Source: Octopus vulgaris (lineage: Eukaryota). Taken from it: 64,000 bases of DNA. The stretch is from positions 115,816,001 to 115,880,000 of the forward strand of contig OX597822.1 of the NCBI GenBank assembly GCA_951406725.2. Reading direction: 5' to 3'. Shown piece after piece: positions 52,201-64,000 of the stretch (position 1 is the stretch's first letter; each line of letters opens with the position of its first letter). Under the pieces are notes generated by a model that saw nothing but the letters and a program-made list of their open reading frames with translations, searched no databases and was not told the DNA's origin. The position numbers and the translations under genes are program-made.

Positions 52201-55054
52201 CACTCTCCCCACAGGTGGCATCACTTCTCCCTCTATTCCCACATTTACCTCAGATGGAAATTGAACAAGTCAATGAGAGCTTTCCTAAAGAGAAAGACAT
52301 CTATCCAGAATCTTTTTGGTCAGATCCACCAAGAAATCTCTTTTGCCACAACTCACAGAACAACACTGCTGGCCCTTCTTGGCCAAATGAAGGCAGGAAA
52401 GCCATCATCAGGATGTTACTTGGCTAATAAGCCAGATCCATTTTCTATACAAGAGCTCTTTGATAAGACCCCACACACCAACAACACATGGTCATTGAAT
52501 GTTTGTTTGGACAGCCAGCTGGTGGAACTTTCATGCCTGTAGACTTTACTTCAAACCAACACACTCCCTTTGGCATCACTGTCAGATGAAGAATTTCTGG
52601 AAGTTACCTACAATGATTGGGCTGAAAGTATTCCAAACCTGACCAGCTAGCTGATTCTAGAACCCTATCATCCTACATCAGTTATGTATGGAAAGTTTAT
52701 TTGGTTGTTCCAGACAATATGGTCAACTCCCAAAGCTTCCAGCTGATCCAAACTGACTGGAGTCTAACCAAAGCCACATGTTGTGGAGACTGTTGCAGAG
52801 AGATCTGTCAGGGATTTCACAGGCCTACACATGCTCACCTACATGTTCAACAACAAGTGCCAAACTTTGTGCTCAGCAGAGTTAAGGGCAGAAATGATCA
52901 GAATAATGTCTCTTGTCCATATCCTTCCTCAACAGCACTATTACTTCCTGGTCTTCACAATTCGGAATTCTCCAGTTCTGCCAACAGTTACAGTAACTTA
53001 GCATCAAACTGGAAAGCAGACTGCCAGGACTTCTTGCAAAGTCCTGCCAGTCCTGCTCCACTCGGCTTGCTTCAAAGTAATCCACAATATATACCTACAA
53101 TCACCCCCATCAACTGATGTTAAAGTTTCTCCCTATTTTTCTTTTGGTGTGTGTGTGTGTGGATGGGTGGGTGGGTGAGAGAGAGAGAGATTGTTGTTAT
53201 TACAGCTGGTGTTCCTTTGTTGTTTTTGTGTTTTTTTGTTTTTGCTGTGGTGGTTGTAGTCTTTGCTTGTTTTCCCACTATTGTATTTTTGTATTTGTTG
53301 ATGTGATATGGCTCTATCTGTTGTTGCAGTAATGGTGATAGAATTGTGTATATGGTTCCAGGGGTGTGTGGTTGACCAAAAGGCTTTGAACTTTTTTGTT
53401 TGTTTATTTTTTTTTTAATCTTTGCTCTACAGTTTTTTTTTTTCTCTTTCTCCTGTTAAAGACCTCTTATAATACGTCTTGAACTTGTTGCAAAATAAGG
53501 TCTTCTAATTGTAGAGATCTGGAAGGGAAGGTAACACTGTGCATGTATGTTTGAGCTTTCTTGGGAAAGGGGACATTGCTAGAAGGTTTCCTTTGGTCGT
53601 GTTAGAGGGATCTGTTAGTGCCTTTGATGTGATTGTAGTTGCAGGAATTGTAGTAAATGTAGACCTTCCTTCTTTTGCCTTTTACTGTGGGCAGAAAGTA
53701 CTTAAGGTGGTTGGTGGTGCCACTTATGTCACACCCAACCCTTCTCCTATCTACTGCCACAACTAGTTGTGAGTAGTTTGGTAGCGGTCATCCAAGGGAT
53801 ATTTTCAAGCCTTTCCTGACTTATTTGGATTGCAAGCTCCATCCCTATCTTTGACCGGTCCCCTGGTACACATTACCTCCAAGATAGTCATTTCATCCAC
53901 TTCAGCTATCAATAATTGATTTCTGTCAGAAACCCCTTAACCTTCGCCAGCCCAAATCTGACAGAATGAGGTATGAACCACTAAATCTTAACTGGGCCAG
54001 AGAGTGGTTCCTCACCTCATCTTCAGAGAGGACCCTATCTTACCTCCACTGTTCCATATCTTCAGCTGTGGTGAGCAAGGAAGGCTTTTTTGTCCTATAT
54101 TATTTTCAAATACTTTTCCACTTGGATGTCTGTCAGCTTTTCTATCTGCCGATTCTTCATGCCTCTGCACTGGCATATCACAATAATCTGTTGTTTTGTT
54201 TTTTTTTTCATTTAAAATTTTCCATCACCATTGAGATACAGCCAAGGTAACATTTCTTCTCTCATTCTGAATGAGGCCTCTGGTTTTTCTAACCTGTTCT
54301 TATCTTGTAACTCTAGTTATTCCAAGGCTTTTGCTGTATAGGCAAATGAGCCGATCTGAGCAACCACTTTACCAGAGCCTGTTATTGTTCTCCGCCTCTG
54401 TTACCATTGGAGCTGAAAGCACTGGCTTGCCAAAGAGGAAGTGGTGATGTTATTTGGTACAGTGATATTCAGCTCAGTTCAGTTAAAAGGTTGGTTGGGG
54501 TGGTAATGGTGTTGTTGATTCTGCCACTTGGTATGCTGGTGCTACAGCCTACTGCCTCTTCTCTGTGTCTATGACTGCAGTGGCTGTTGTGGTGCTGAAT
54601 TAAAGAGAGAGGCATGTCCTTCTCAGTGAAGAGAGAGAAGGTGAACCTTCTATTCAAAACCTCCTCTTCTTCCCCATGTGTGATCCCAACCCTTCTCTCA
54701 TCAATTGGTTATCACATAAGATGTCATGTTTAAACCCTTTAATTTTTTTCAAATTAAACGTCTTTCTATCTGAGGACTATGTCTCCAGATAAAGCAAGAA
54801 ACAAAGGAATTAACCAATTCCTTTGCAGTCATGGTCAGTTCCTTGACAAGATAAAGCATAAACATTAAGGATAAAAAACCCCTAAAATGGCAAACTATTA
54901 AACTTTTTTTCTTTAACTTCTGGGGTATTAGAAATATGTGGTACACAGCTCAGAAGAAGCAGTGGTATTAGCAATGATGATGATGGGAATAATAACAACA
55001 ACAACAACAATAATCGTTCAATGTTATTAAATGGTGCAAAAGTCATTTGCTTAC

Positions 55055-55685
55055 CTGAATGTCGTATTCGACCATCTGCTTTGCGTCTCATCAAATCCTC
55101 AATTTCTTGCTCCATAAACAAATTATCATCAAAATCCATACTGTCATCAGATGTAAGTTCAGCCTGCATATCAGCATTAGTTCGGTGCCGATCTTTATAA
55201 CCAGCAAGTTCTTTCCCATTTTCACTCAAAACCAATTTGTTAGAAAGATCCAGAGCACTGAGAATTCCAGGCTGGTTTAGAATTTGTCCTTGAATCATAT
55301 GAGGAGTCAACATTCTCAAAGCATTCCCTGATGGTGAAAGGGCAAGTGTCATCTGTGCCTCAGTTTTAGAGGGTGCCAAAACACCATCGCTGCTTTCATA
55401 CCCAACCCGTTCGTCAGGCGGCTCAGTTTTGCTGACTTCGCGCAGATGTTCTTTATCTGAAGGAGAATTAATTTCTTCTTTTGGAGTTTGGGTCGGGGAG
55501 TGCTGAGGAGACTTTGATGTGTTATTGGCATCGTCTCCTGCTGCACTGGCACCATTGTCAATGTCTGTAATACTAGCATCAGCAGATGAGTTGGCACTTG
55601 TAGTGGTTCTTTTAAACTCTGAGTTACTGGTTGGCTGACTCTGCTCTTCATAATTAGAATCTAAAACTTCCTGCTTAATTTGCAT
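55055..55685 (-). CDS. Pax-beta: Pax-beta-type paired-box gene, first coding exon (210-aa N-terminal region MQIKQEVLD...RRKADGRIRHS-G)
   Basis: Long, non-repetitive ORF. ATG at 55685 and donor TCAG|gtaagc at 55054. The 631 nt (210 codons +1) join in phase 1 to the paired-box exon at 21123, giving [15 protein letters not shown] strong acceptor (tccttttttttttccag) at 55987 suggests the exon starts at 55986 with 5'UTR. The start codon choice is inferred. Confidence 0.82.
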
Positions 55686-55986
55686 TTCTAGCACTCCTCC
55701 CACTGGTGTGTGTGTGTGACAGCTAATGTACTCAGTCGGCACACTGCTCACATCTGTGGCAGTGATTGATGAAATAATAAGGAAAGGAATCAACAAAACG
55801 GAGATTCCACACAAACCCGTGTGGACAGATGAACATTATGGTGAAAGTAGAAAATTGTCATTTCTATAATAATAATAGTATTCCAAATGTGTTGGCAGAT
55901 TTGAAAAAAAAGAAATATCCAGGTCTGTGAGGAGCTTCATCAGGGTATTGGTTTCCCCAGGAAGTGGTAACAACTTCATTTCACAC
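55686..55986 (-). promoter_or_regulatory. Putative 5'UTR part of the first coding exon, with uORF1 (55836-55979, 47 aa), uORF2 (55732-55836, 34 aa) and an ATG-TGA mini-uORF (55748-55753)
   Basis: Lies between the strong acceptor at 55987 and the ATG at 55685; the ORFs were read by hand. Confidence 0.55.
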
Positions 55987-56627
55987 CTGGAAAAAAAAAA
56001 GGACAAGAACATTTTTAATTAATTTAGTCTATGAAAAAAATCTAATTTGCTTAATATACATATGCAAATATTGTCTAATTAACTAAAACCTATACTGAAC
56101 TGTTAACTTAAAATGCAAAAATAATCTCTTTTACTTATTTTTTTACATTTAACAATATCAAAGTCCTTCATTGATTACTCATACTCTCTGATGTATTATT
56201 TGTATATGAAATGCTAGTTAGTAAATTAACAAATTTTAAAAATAAAAATAAAAACAAAATCACAAAAAATATTTGATGAAAGCCCAAACCAGATATAACA
56301 ATTTATAAGTGATTTTAACTAACCATTAATATCAGCAATTAATCAGTAAAAAGGCTTTGAGTAACAGAGCATACCGATATCACAAAATATGTTTTTTTAT
56401 ATAGATTTTTAAAAAGCAGACTTTGAATATGCAACGTTTAATGAGTATCATACGATTAAAAGTGATATAAATAACATGTTTATGTTTTTGTGAGTTGCAA
56501 CATGATATGAAGAGAATTATTAATATGAAAATGTGAGATTTGATTTAAAAGCAAGCAACATGATCTGTGTATGAGTGTGTTGCCTGTGAAGAGCTTTGTT
56601 GTAGCAATAATTTATGTAAGTGGTAGA

Positions 56628-56810
56628 AATGTAGCATAGCAACTGGGAACCATGGAAATCTATGTAGCATGATAACTGGGGAACCATGGAAATATATGTA
56701 GCATGATAACTGGGGAACCATGGAAATCTATGTAGCATGATAACTGGGGAACCATGGAAATCTATGTAGCATGATAACTGGGGAACCAGATATTTACATG
56801 TAGCATGATC
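56628..56810. repeat. 34-bp minisatellite x~5 (tatgtagcatgataactggggaaccatggaaatc)
   Basis: Directly visible; degenerate end copies. Confidence 0.9.
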
Positions 56811-58281
56811 ATTTGAGAACCACAGAAATATGTCCAGCTCCTCTAGTTCCACTTATTGAAATGATGACTGATCTACATTAGTGGATGGGATTGCAGGCGA
56901 CATTTGAAACCACCTGCTAATGAAATCTCACACAGTCTATCAATATGTGAAAAATGGCTTAATCCTGAAGGCCAGAACAGTAATTTAATATATATCACAT
57001 ACATGTGAGTTTGTAAAATTAGAGATACATTATTTTTGCTTGATAAAGTTGCACCAGCATAACTTCTTTTGCACCTGCAACTCACCCCAGTTGTTGAAAA
57101 CGTTTTGCACATCTGATCTACAATAAGGATCATAAAAAGCACATCTGGTGCCAAACTTCTTGTTTATAGCAAATCCTAATTTTGATGAGTAAATAAATAG
57201 CCCAAAATTCTAATATGAATTATGATTATACAATATAACCAGAATAAGGTGAGAGTTGATCCACACCATTGTAGGAAATTCAACTGCTTAATTGCATATG
57301 AATATTAAATTGGTTTAGCTGGTATATCAAAACAAGGGGTAATTTATAGAAATTTACCATTAAACAGATAGAAATGGGAGCAACAATTGTTTATGTAATT
57401 TGTACAAGTATTTATGTATGTAAGTCATTCTGATAGAAGGTTGTAACAGCCTTGTACCAACTACTAATAGTGAATAATAGCCAGTTAAATTTTCAGTTGA
57501 TTATAAATGAAGATAAAGATTAAATAAAGTATATACAATAAAGAAGCTTAACTTTCAGAATTTTCCACAAGTCTAATATTACACTTCCTACGATACAATA
57601 AAGTTTTATGCTAAGAGTTGATTTGTAAAGATTATAAAAAAGAAAGAAAGAAAAGACATGATACAATGGCAAAGGGCTAGGTTAACAAACTGAAAACCAA
57701 AACAAATGCATCAGGTATTAAAAGCTGGACCTATTTCATTGCTTGTTCAAATAACAGGCATTGTGTAGCACTGCTAATAAATAACTGGATTTCAATCTCT
57801 GTCTTTGCTGTTCACCATTGCTATTATTTTATCCTGCATTCCTTGAAAACTATTGTAAATAGCCAAACCTTTTAACATCTGACACAAAATTTTATCAATA
57901 GACAAAGTGTTTGCCAATCACATCCAAGTAACATTTTCTACTCTAATAATTAACAAGTTTATAATTTCTGGCTTCAGTTTTACATTATTACAAATCATTG
58001 AGAATCATTAATAACCATTTTTAGATTTCAAAGTAAAAATTCTCTGATGTATTACGAAATCCTCTCTCACCTGTACCTCAAACCACCATAAACCACCACG
58101 ACAACCTGATTTCTCTTCCCTTTTACATTCAATTCTCTGTATGAATTAGGAGCTCATAAGACAATGGCCCTTCATAAAATAACTTTCTCTTCATTCAAGA
58201 ATTTTTTGATTTTCTCAGTAAAGTAAATTGAGGCAAATTAACGATAAAATATTAACAAAGGTAAATAAAGTGTATACTGAA

Positions 58282-58320
<39 letters not shown>

Positions 58321-60954
58321 ACAACTTTCTTATGGAAGTGGTGTGCGTGATCATCTTAACAGAGGGGATTAGATGTCTTAAAGGCCCACTAGAGAACTTT
58401 GAGACATCAATAATAGTAAAGTGGTAATCGTTTAGAGATAAATGCTGAGAACACTTCCACTGGAAAGTAATTAGGATGTCGTGTATGGAGATGTCTTCTA
58501 TAAATCAATTCAAATTAAGTGAATTACAAAATATTTACTTCTGATAAAATTTGATGCGATTCAATGAAACATACAAATTTTTTCTTCTGGCAATAGTTTC
58601 CACTTGTTTACAGATAATGAGGAAACACAGTTTACATGTAGTTTTCATAGGGTAGTAGGTATTTATATTATTATTATTATTATTATTATATCAATGATAG
58701 CAAATGTTTGACCCTACAGCACTTAAATATCATACTTTTATTTACACTAAACATACCCATTGTGTATGCCATGTCCGTGATTAACAAAGTATAATAGCAG
58801 CTTATAAAAATAAATTAATCAGGTCCAGAGAAAATATTTATAAATAAATGCAGGCAGAAACACATGAAAGTTAATGCAAAACAGTTAAACTATTTCTCAG
58901 AGAGCAAGTAAAAGAAATAGAACGTGACAAGGATTGGTCAGCACACACACCAGAGAACTAACCGACTTAGGATGGAAATAGGAGAATTGATAGCAAAAGC
59001 CAACGGAATAAATACGTCAAACTGATAAAGCAGGCGAGAGACTATTTAGAAAAAAATAATCATCATCGTTTTAACATTCGCTTTTCCATGCTGGCATGTG
59101 TTGGTTGGAATTTGTTGAGGCAGATTTTCTACGGCTGTGAGGTTACCTTTGCTTCTCAATCACATAGTTTCGGGTTTAGTCTCACGGTGTGGTATTTTAG
59201 GCAAGTGTTTCCTACTATCATGGGCCCCCCCCCCAGGCCAACCAAAAGCCTTGTGAGTAGATTTGGCAGATGGAAAACTGAATGAATGTGTGTGTGTGTG
59301 TGTTTCTCTCTCTCTCTCTCTCTCTCTCCCACCTTGTCTTGACATTGCATGGTAGTTGTAAATGAATGCCATTCATTCCCAAAATGTTACAAAAATATGT
59401 CTGGCCATAAAAAATTTGCCTCAATAAATTCCTTCTGACCCATCTTAATGGGCCAAAATTATCATAAACTCTTTTTGACCCATTTTAATGGGTTAAATCA
59501 TCATGCATGCAAAATTATCAACAAAATCATTTAACGTCCACTTTTAATTCAATGCTGGCATGGATTGGATGGTTTGACAAGAACCAGCAAGTCACAAAGC
59601 CGCAGCAAGCCCAAAACATTAATGATGAACATAGACACATATATTTATATTTATATGTATATATAGATTTGTTCATTTGTTTTACATCCATTTTTCCATA
59701 CTAGCATGAGTTGGATGAATATGATTATTGAGGCATTATTTTACAGCCAGCTATTCTTTCTGTCACTAACCCATGCTTGTTTTTCAAGAGGTTTCTTTTT
59801 CTTTTTTAGATTCCACTTGCCTTTGAAAGTTTTCTTGACAAAGAAGATCAACAAACAACACTGCTTTCAGCTCAATACTTTCATGTGAAGGTGCAGAGTG
59901 TTAGCATTAACCAGGACAAGCCCAGACACACAGCCATATGAATTAGGGGTCATCAACAGTGTTTTGTTTCAATACTATACTGTACTAAGGACTATATCAA
60001 CAGATTTTAGCCAATATTGTATGTAACAGACAGATATGACTTTACATGAAATATCTGTGTAGGCAGAAAAAAGGGGATCTGCCAAGCTAGTTTCAATCCT
60101 GTGATGGGATTTTGTCAGCAACGGAATAGTACTACTTTTAACTGTCCATGAAGACACTGCTTGTAAATCCACTACTACTAATAATCACTCATGAAATACC
60201 AACACAGGATTAAAACTAGTCCAGCTGCCTTGAAGAGTGCAGTCAAAGAAATGAAACCCAGGCTACACTCTGCAGTGGGACTGAACACTGAACTCTATAT
60301 ATGACTGTAAAGCGATCGCCTTAACCACACAGCCATGCTTATGTCTATGGCCTAACTGCAGCCACACGTTTGTGTGTGCTAAATTCATGCACACATGCAT
60401 GTGCATGTGTGTACATGCACATACATCTTGCACAAATCTATTTGGTCAATATATGAAAAAAACATTAGATCAATGTTGATGATGACGACAATGATGAGTA
60501 GAACAAAACATACTCTATGTTTGTTTGTATTGAAGCAGAAAGTAGTAAAGGATTAGAGACTATATTCGAAGATATTCAACAGCAAAACTTTTCCTTTGTA
60601 TAGTCTATGGTATATATAACCCAGGAGGATATGAAGTAACAAAGTGAATAAGAGTTCATTAGAAGAGAGAAGTATGAAGGAACCTGAAGGCAGAGAGTGG
60701 ACAATAATAGAAGGGAAAGAAAAATAGGCTTCCAGTGATTGATCAGGGAAGGGAATAGGTGAATAATCCTTTCTGTTATAGGCACAAGGCCTGGAATCTA
60801 TTGGAAGGGGGATAGTTGACTGCATCACCCCCAGTACATGACTGGTACCTTTATCATCAACCTCGAAAGGATGAAAGGCAAGGTCAACATCGGTGGAATG
60901 TGAAGAATGTGAAGACAGAAGATGCCACTAAGGATTCTGCCAGCTCGCTACCTT

Positions 60955-61355
60955 TACACTTTTACTTGTTTCAGTCATTTGACTGCGGCCATGCTGCAGC
61001 ACCGCCTTTAGTCGAGCAAATCGACCCCAGGACTTATTCTTTAGAAGCCTGGTACTTATTCTATCGGTTACTTTTGCCAAACCGCTAAGTTACAGGAACG
61101 TAAACACACCACCATCAGTTGTCAAGCGATGTTGGGGGGGACAAACACAGACACACAAACATATACACACATACATATATATATATATATATACGACGGG
61201 CTTCTTTCAGTTTCCGTCTACGAAATCTACTCACAAGGCTTTGGTCGGCCCGAGGCTATAGTAGAAGACACTTGCCCAAGGTGCCACACAGTGGGAGTGA
61301 ACCCAGAACCATGTGGTTCATAAGCAAGCTACTTACCACACAGCCACTCCTGTGC
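60955..61355 (-). mobile_element. Composite tRNA-derived SINE with internal microsatellite
   Basis: tRNA-like head at 61195-61352, (TA/CA) spacer, and 3' part 60955-61160. Confidence 0.75.
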
Positions 61356-62493
61356 CTTTGACCAAAAATAAAAGAATTAAAAAATGGTAAATAATATGAA
61401 GTAAAATGCTAAGTACCAAAGAGAAGGGAAGGGTGATTCTCAAAACCAGGATGTGAGAGGAGACAGGGGGATGGTATATAAGATTTCGAAATGGATTTGT
61501 ATGGAACAGCAACTTTTGAAATAATGGCACAGACAAACAAACATGGATGGATGTAACTATGACAGGAATAGCATTCACCCTTTGACCTTTAGATTATTCT
61601 GCCAAATATAATTCCTATTTATGCACATTAATTTTGAATCTATCATGCATTATCTTGTAGCTTCAAGATTTCAATGATGCGTCAGTTTGTTTTATAAATG
61701 ACATGGTAGGATAAGCACGAGAAGCCAGATCTGGCCAGCTGGAACATAAAACAGGAAGAATATTTGGGTTGAATTTGGTCAGTTTAAATGCTTAAAGAGT
61801 GAAGCTGATAGAAGAGATTATTTACGTAACTATTAAGTTGTTCAGATTATTTAGAAAACCTGTTGTTTCCCGTGGATGAACAACAATTTCTACTCGAAAA
61901 TAAACTACACAACAAAGGAAAATTTAATTGGAAAAAGAATTAAAAATTATGAGTGAATAAATTGTAAAATAACCAAGAAAAACAACAAGTTCTAACATAA
62001 GTACAAAGTCACTTCTCTGAGAAGATGGAAGTTGATTTAAAACAAACCCAGAACTAGGTTGCTGACAGAAGAGCTGTCACTAAACAGCACAAGTCACTTT
62101 ATTTGTAGCTCTACCGATTCAGCAACTTACATGTGTTAATGGAGAGATGTAATATTGCTCCATTTAATTACCAATTTTACAACAACCAACAGCTGACTGA
62201 AGAAGGGGTGGTGAGTGTGTCTGCTAAACGAGTCAGGCTAAATTGGTTAATTAATTTTAGCAGTCAACTTAGTGCTTCACAGTTTCAGATTTAAAACTCT
62301 GACAAGGTTCACTTAATTTCACTTTACTTTGGGAATTGATAAAATAAATAGCAGAAGCATTCATAGCCAAATGGCTTATAAGGTTTCATTGGTTGTTGAT
62401 GTTGTTGTTGTTGTCGTCATTTAGCCGCAGGTTATCTCTGGCTGAGCAGACCTATGGTCAAAGGTGTCCAGATGTCCCAACACTGGTTATCCT

Positions 62494-62767
62494 ACATTAT
62501 TTACATTTGACGGATATTTATCCTCAACTTGTTTGTTGTTAACACAACGTTTCGGCTGGTATACCCTCCAGCCTTCATCAGGTGTCTTGGGGAAATTTCG
62601 AACCTGGATTCTCATTCCTAAGGTATTTTTCAAAATTTCCCCAAGACACCTGATGAAGGCTGGAGGGCATATCAGCCAAAATGTGTTAACAACGAACAAG
62701 ATGAGGGCAAATATCCGTTAAATGTAAATAATGTACATAATTCCTCATCTCTTAAATATAGAACGGT
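62494..62767. mobile_element. Second palindromic Penelope-like element, with 12-bp TSD
   Basis: Same arm and tail sequence as 6934-7175; TSD actggttatcct at 62482-62493 and 62768-62779. Confidence 0.78.
62541..62586 (-). ncRNA. Minimal type-I hammerhead ribozyme motif
   Basis: Minus strand reads gacac CUGAUGA a ggcugg-aggguaua-ccagcc GAAA CGUU guguu. Complete core, 6-bp stem II, stem I gacac/guguu, palindromic AACGUU stem III, GUU cleavage triplet. Confidence 0.7.
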
Positions 62768-63444
62768 ACTGGTTATCCTGCTTCTTCCTTCCCAGATGCA
62801 GTATACCTGTGACTACATTACTTAATGTACCTGGCATTACATAAGACAGGCTTCACCACTGGAGGTTAGCTCCACTGGCCTTACAAGCTTTCTTAAGTAG
62901 AGCCATTAGAATCCATCCAATATTATCAAAATATGGAAGACCAACAACAAGAATAGTAACAAGGAGAAAGAGAAACAAACTGAAACACAAGCATCATCAT
63001 ATTACACAAGTGTTGTATTCGGGAAAATTTGACTGAAATATGGAATTTCCAACCATGGCATCTATTATTTCCCATTGACTTCCAAGTTACTCTGAGGTCA
63101 TGGGAAAATAAAAAGTTCATGATATGAAATTTCCGCTTTACAAGATATAAGGTGATGCAATGCTTCTGAAATGCAGCGGCGGGGGGCGGGGGGGGGGGGG
63201 GTTGTGAATATCAAAAACAAAATTAATGGCTGGTCAGGATAGGTCAGGACGGACAGGGCTAGAGAGTGAAGTTTAGCTCAAATATCAATAGGACAAGTAA
63301 ATGTGGGTAGAGAGAAACAAAGTTGTTATATGAGTGAACTAAAGCTTACATGAAAATGCAATAAACACAGACAGTCATTAGTTGTTTACAAATAAGGATA
63401 TTTTCCTTATAATTTGATATTTGGATTTTCAAATTCCAGCGCCG

Positions 63445-63720
63445 CCTTGGCTGGCTTCCGTGCCCGTGGCACGTTAAAAGCACCAACTGATCGTGGCCGA
63501 TGCCGGACTCCCCTGGCACCTGTGCAGGTGGCACGTAAAAAGCACCCACTACACTCACGAAGTGGTTGGCGTTAGGAAGGGCATCCAGCTGTAGAAACTC
63601 TGCCAGATCAGACTGGAGCCTAGTGCAGCCCCTGGCTTCCCAGACCCCAGTCGAACCGTCCAACCCGTGCTAGCACAGAAAATGGATGTTAAACGATGAT
63701 GATGATGATGATGATGATTG
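63445..63720 (+). mobile_element. (GAT)n-tail SINE, close to the 31988 copy; another partial copy at 63915-64000
   Basis: cctggcacctgtgcaggtggcacgtaaaaagcacccactacact...gttaaacgatgatgat. Confidence 0.85.
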
Positions 63721-64000
63721 CATTGCACAAAGGAAAAGATTTTCAGTCTCACCTCCACAACTTCAAAGTGAAAAATTAAATGCAATACAGCTAAAACCTA
63801 AAGAGTGCATCACAGATATAAACTCAGATAGAGTGTTGTTATGGGTTACAGTTCTAGAAGCAAGCAAACATAGAAGATAGCTCTGTTAATTTTTAAAATG
63901 AAGATGACACATAAAAGGCACCCACTGCACTCTTGGAGTGGTTAGCATTACAAAAGGCATCCAAGCGTAGAAACCATGCCAAATCAGAGTGGAGCCTGGT

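Noticed and set aside
52160-54700. Several 60-140-aa ORFs
   Set aside because: They look like decayed LINE sequence, but I could not assign a family confidently; no splice-supported gene model.
54882-55054. C-terminal part of the 310-aa ORF (KQMTFAPF...LLLLLL) and its TTG start at 55814
   Set aside because: Read-through past the gtaagc donor into intron. The real frame continues at 21123, and TTG is not a plausible eukaryotic start here.

Overview
AT-rich, repeat-dense eukaryotic DNA. Its SINE and microsatellite landscape is typical of an octopus (coleoid cephalopod) genome; the species is an inference. The window holds most of one large minus-strand gene, a paired-box transcription factor of the lophotrochozoan Pax-beta type. 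Four coding exons could be assembled by hand with GT-AG junctions and consistent phases: 55055-55685, 20958-21123, 7680-7817 and 803-932. The gene continues off the left end, and its 5' exon(s) were not located. The rest is intron, filled with SINEs, LINE remnants (CR1, RTE), a Gypsy pol remnant, Tc1/mariner and pogo remnants, MITEs, minisatellites and (TA/CA)n arrays; these arrays explain most spurious ORFs in the ORF track. Three observations stand out. (1) Two TSD-flanked, palindromic, Penelope-like short elements carry hammerhead-ribozyme cores, one intact on the gene's sense strand. (2) A TAATG-coupled pair of uORFs plus a start-stop uORF lies in the putative Pax-beta 5'UTR. (3) A cluster of phase-compatible candidate alternative exons would give paired-less, PAI-only or insertion isoforms.
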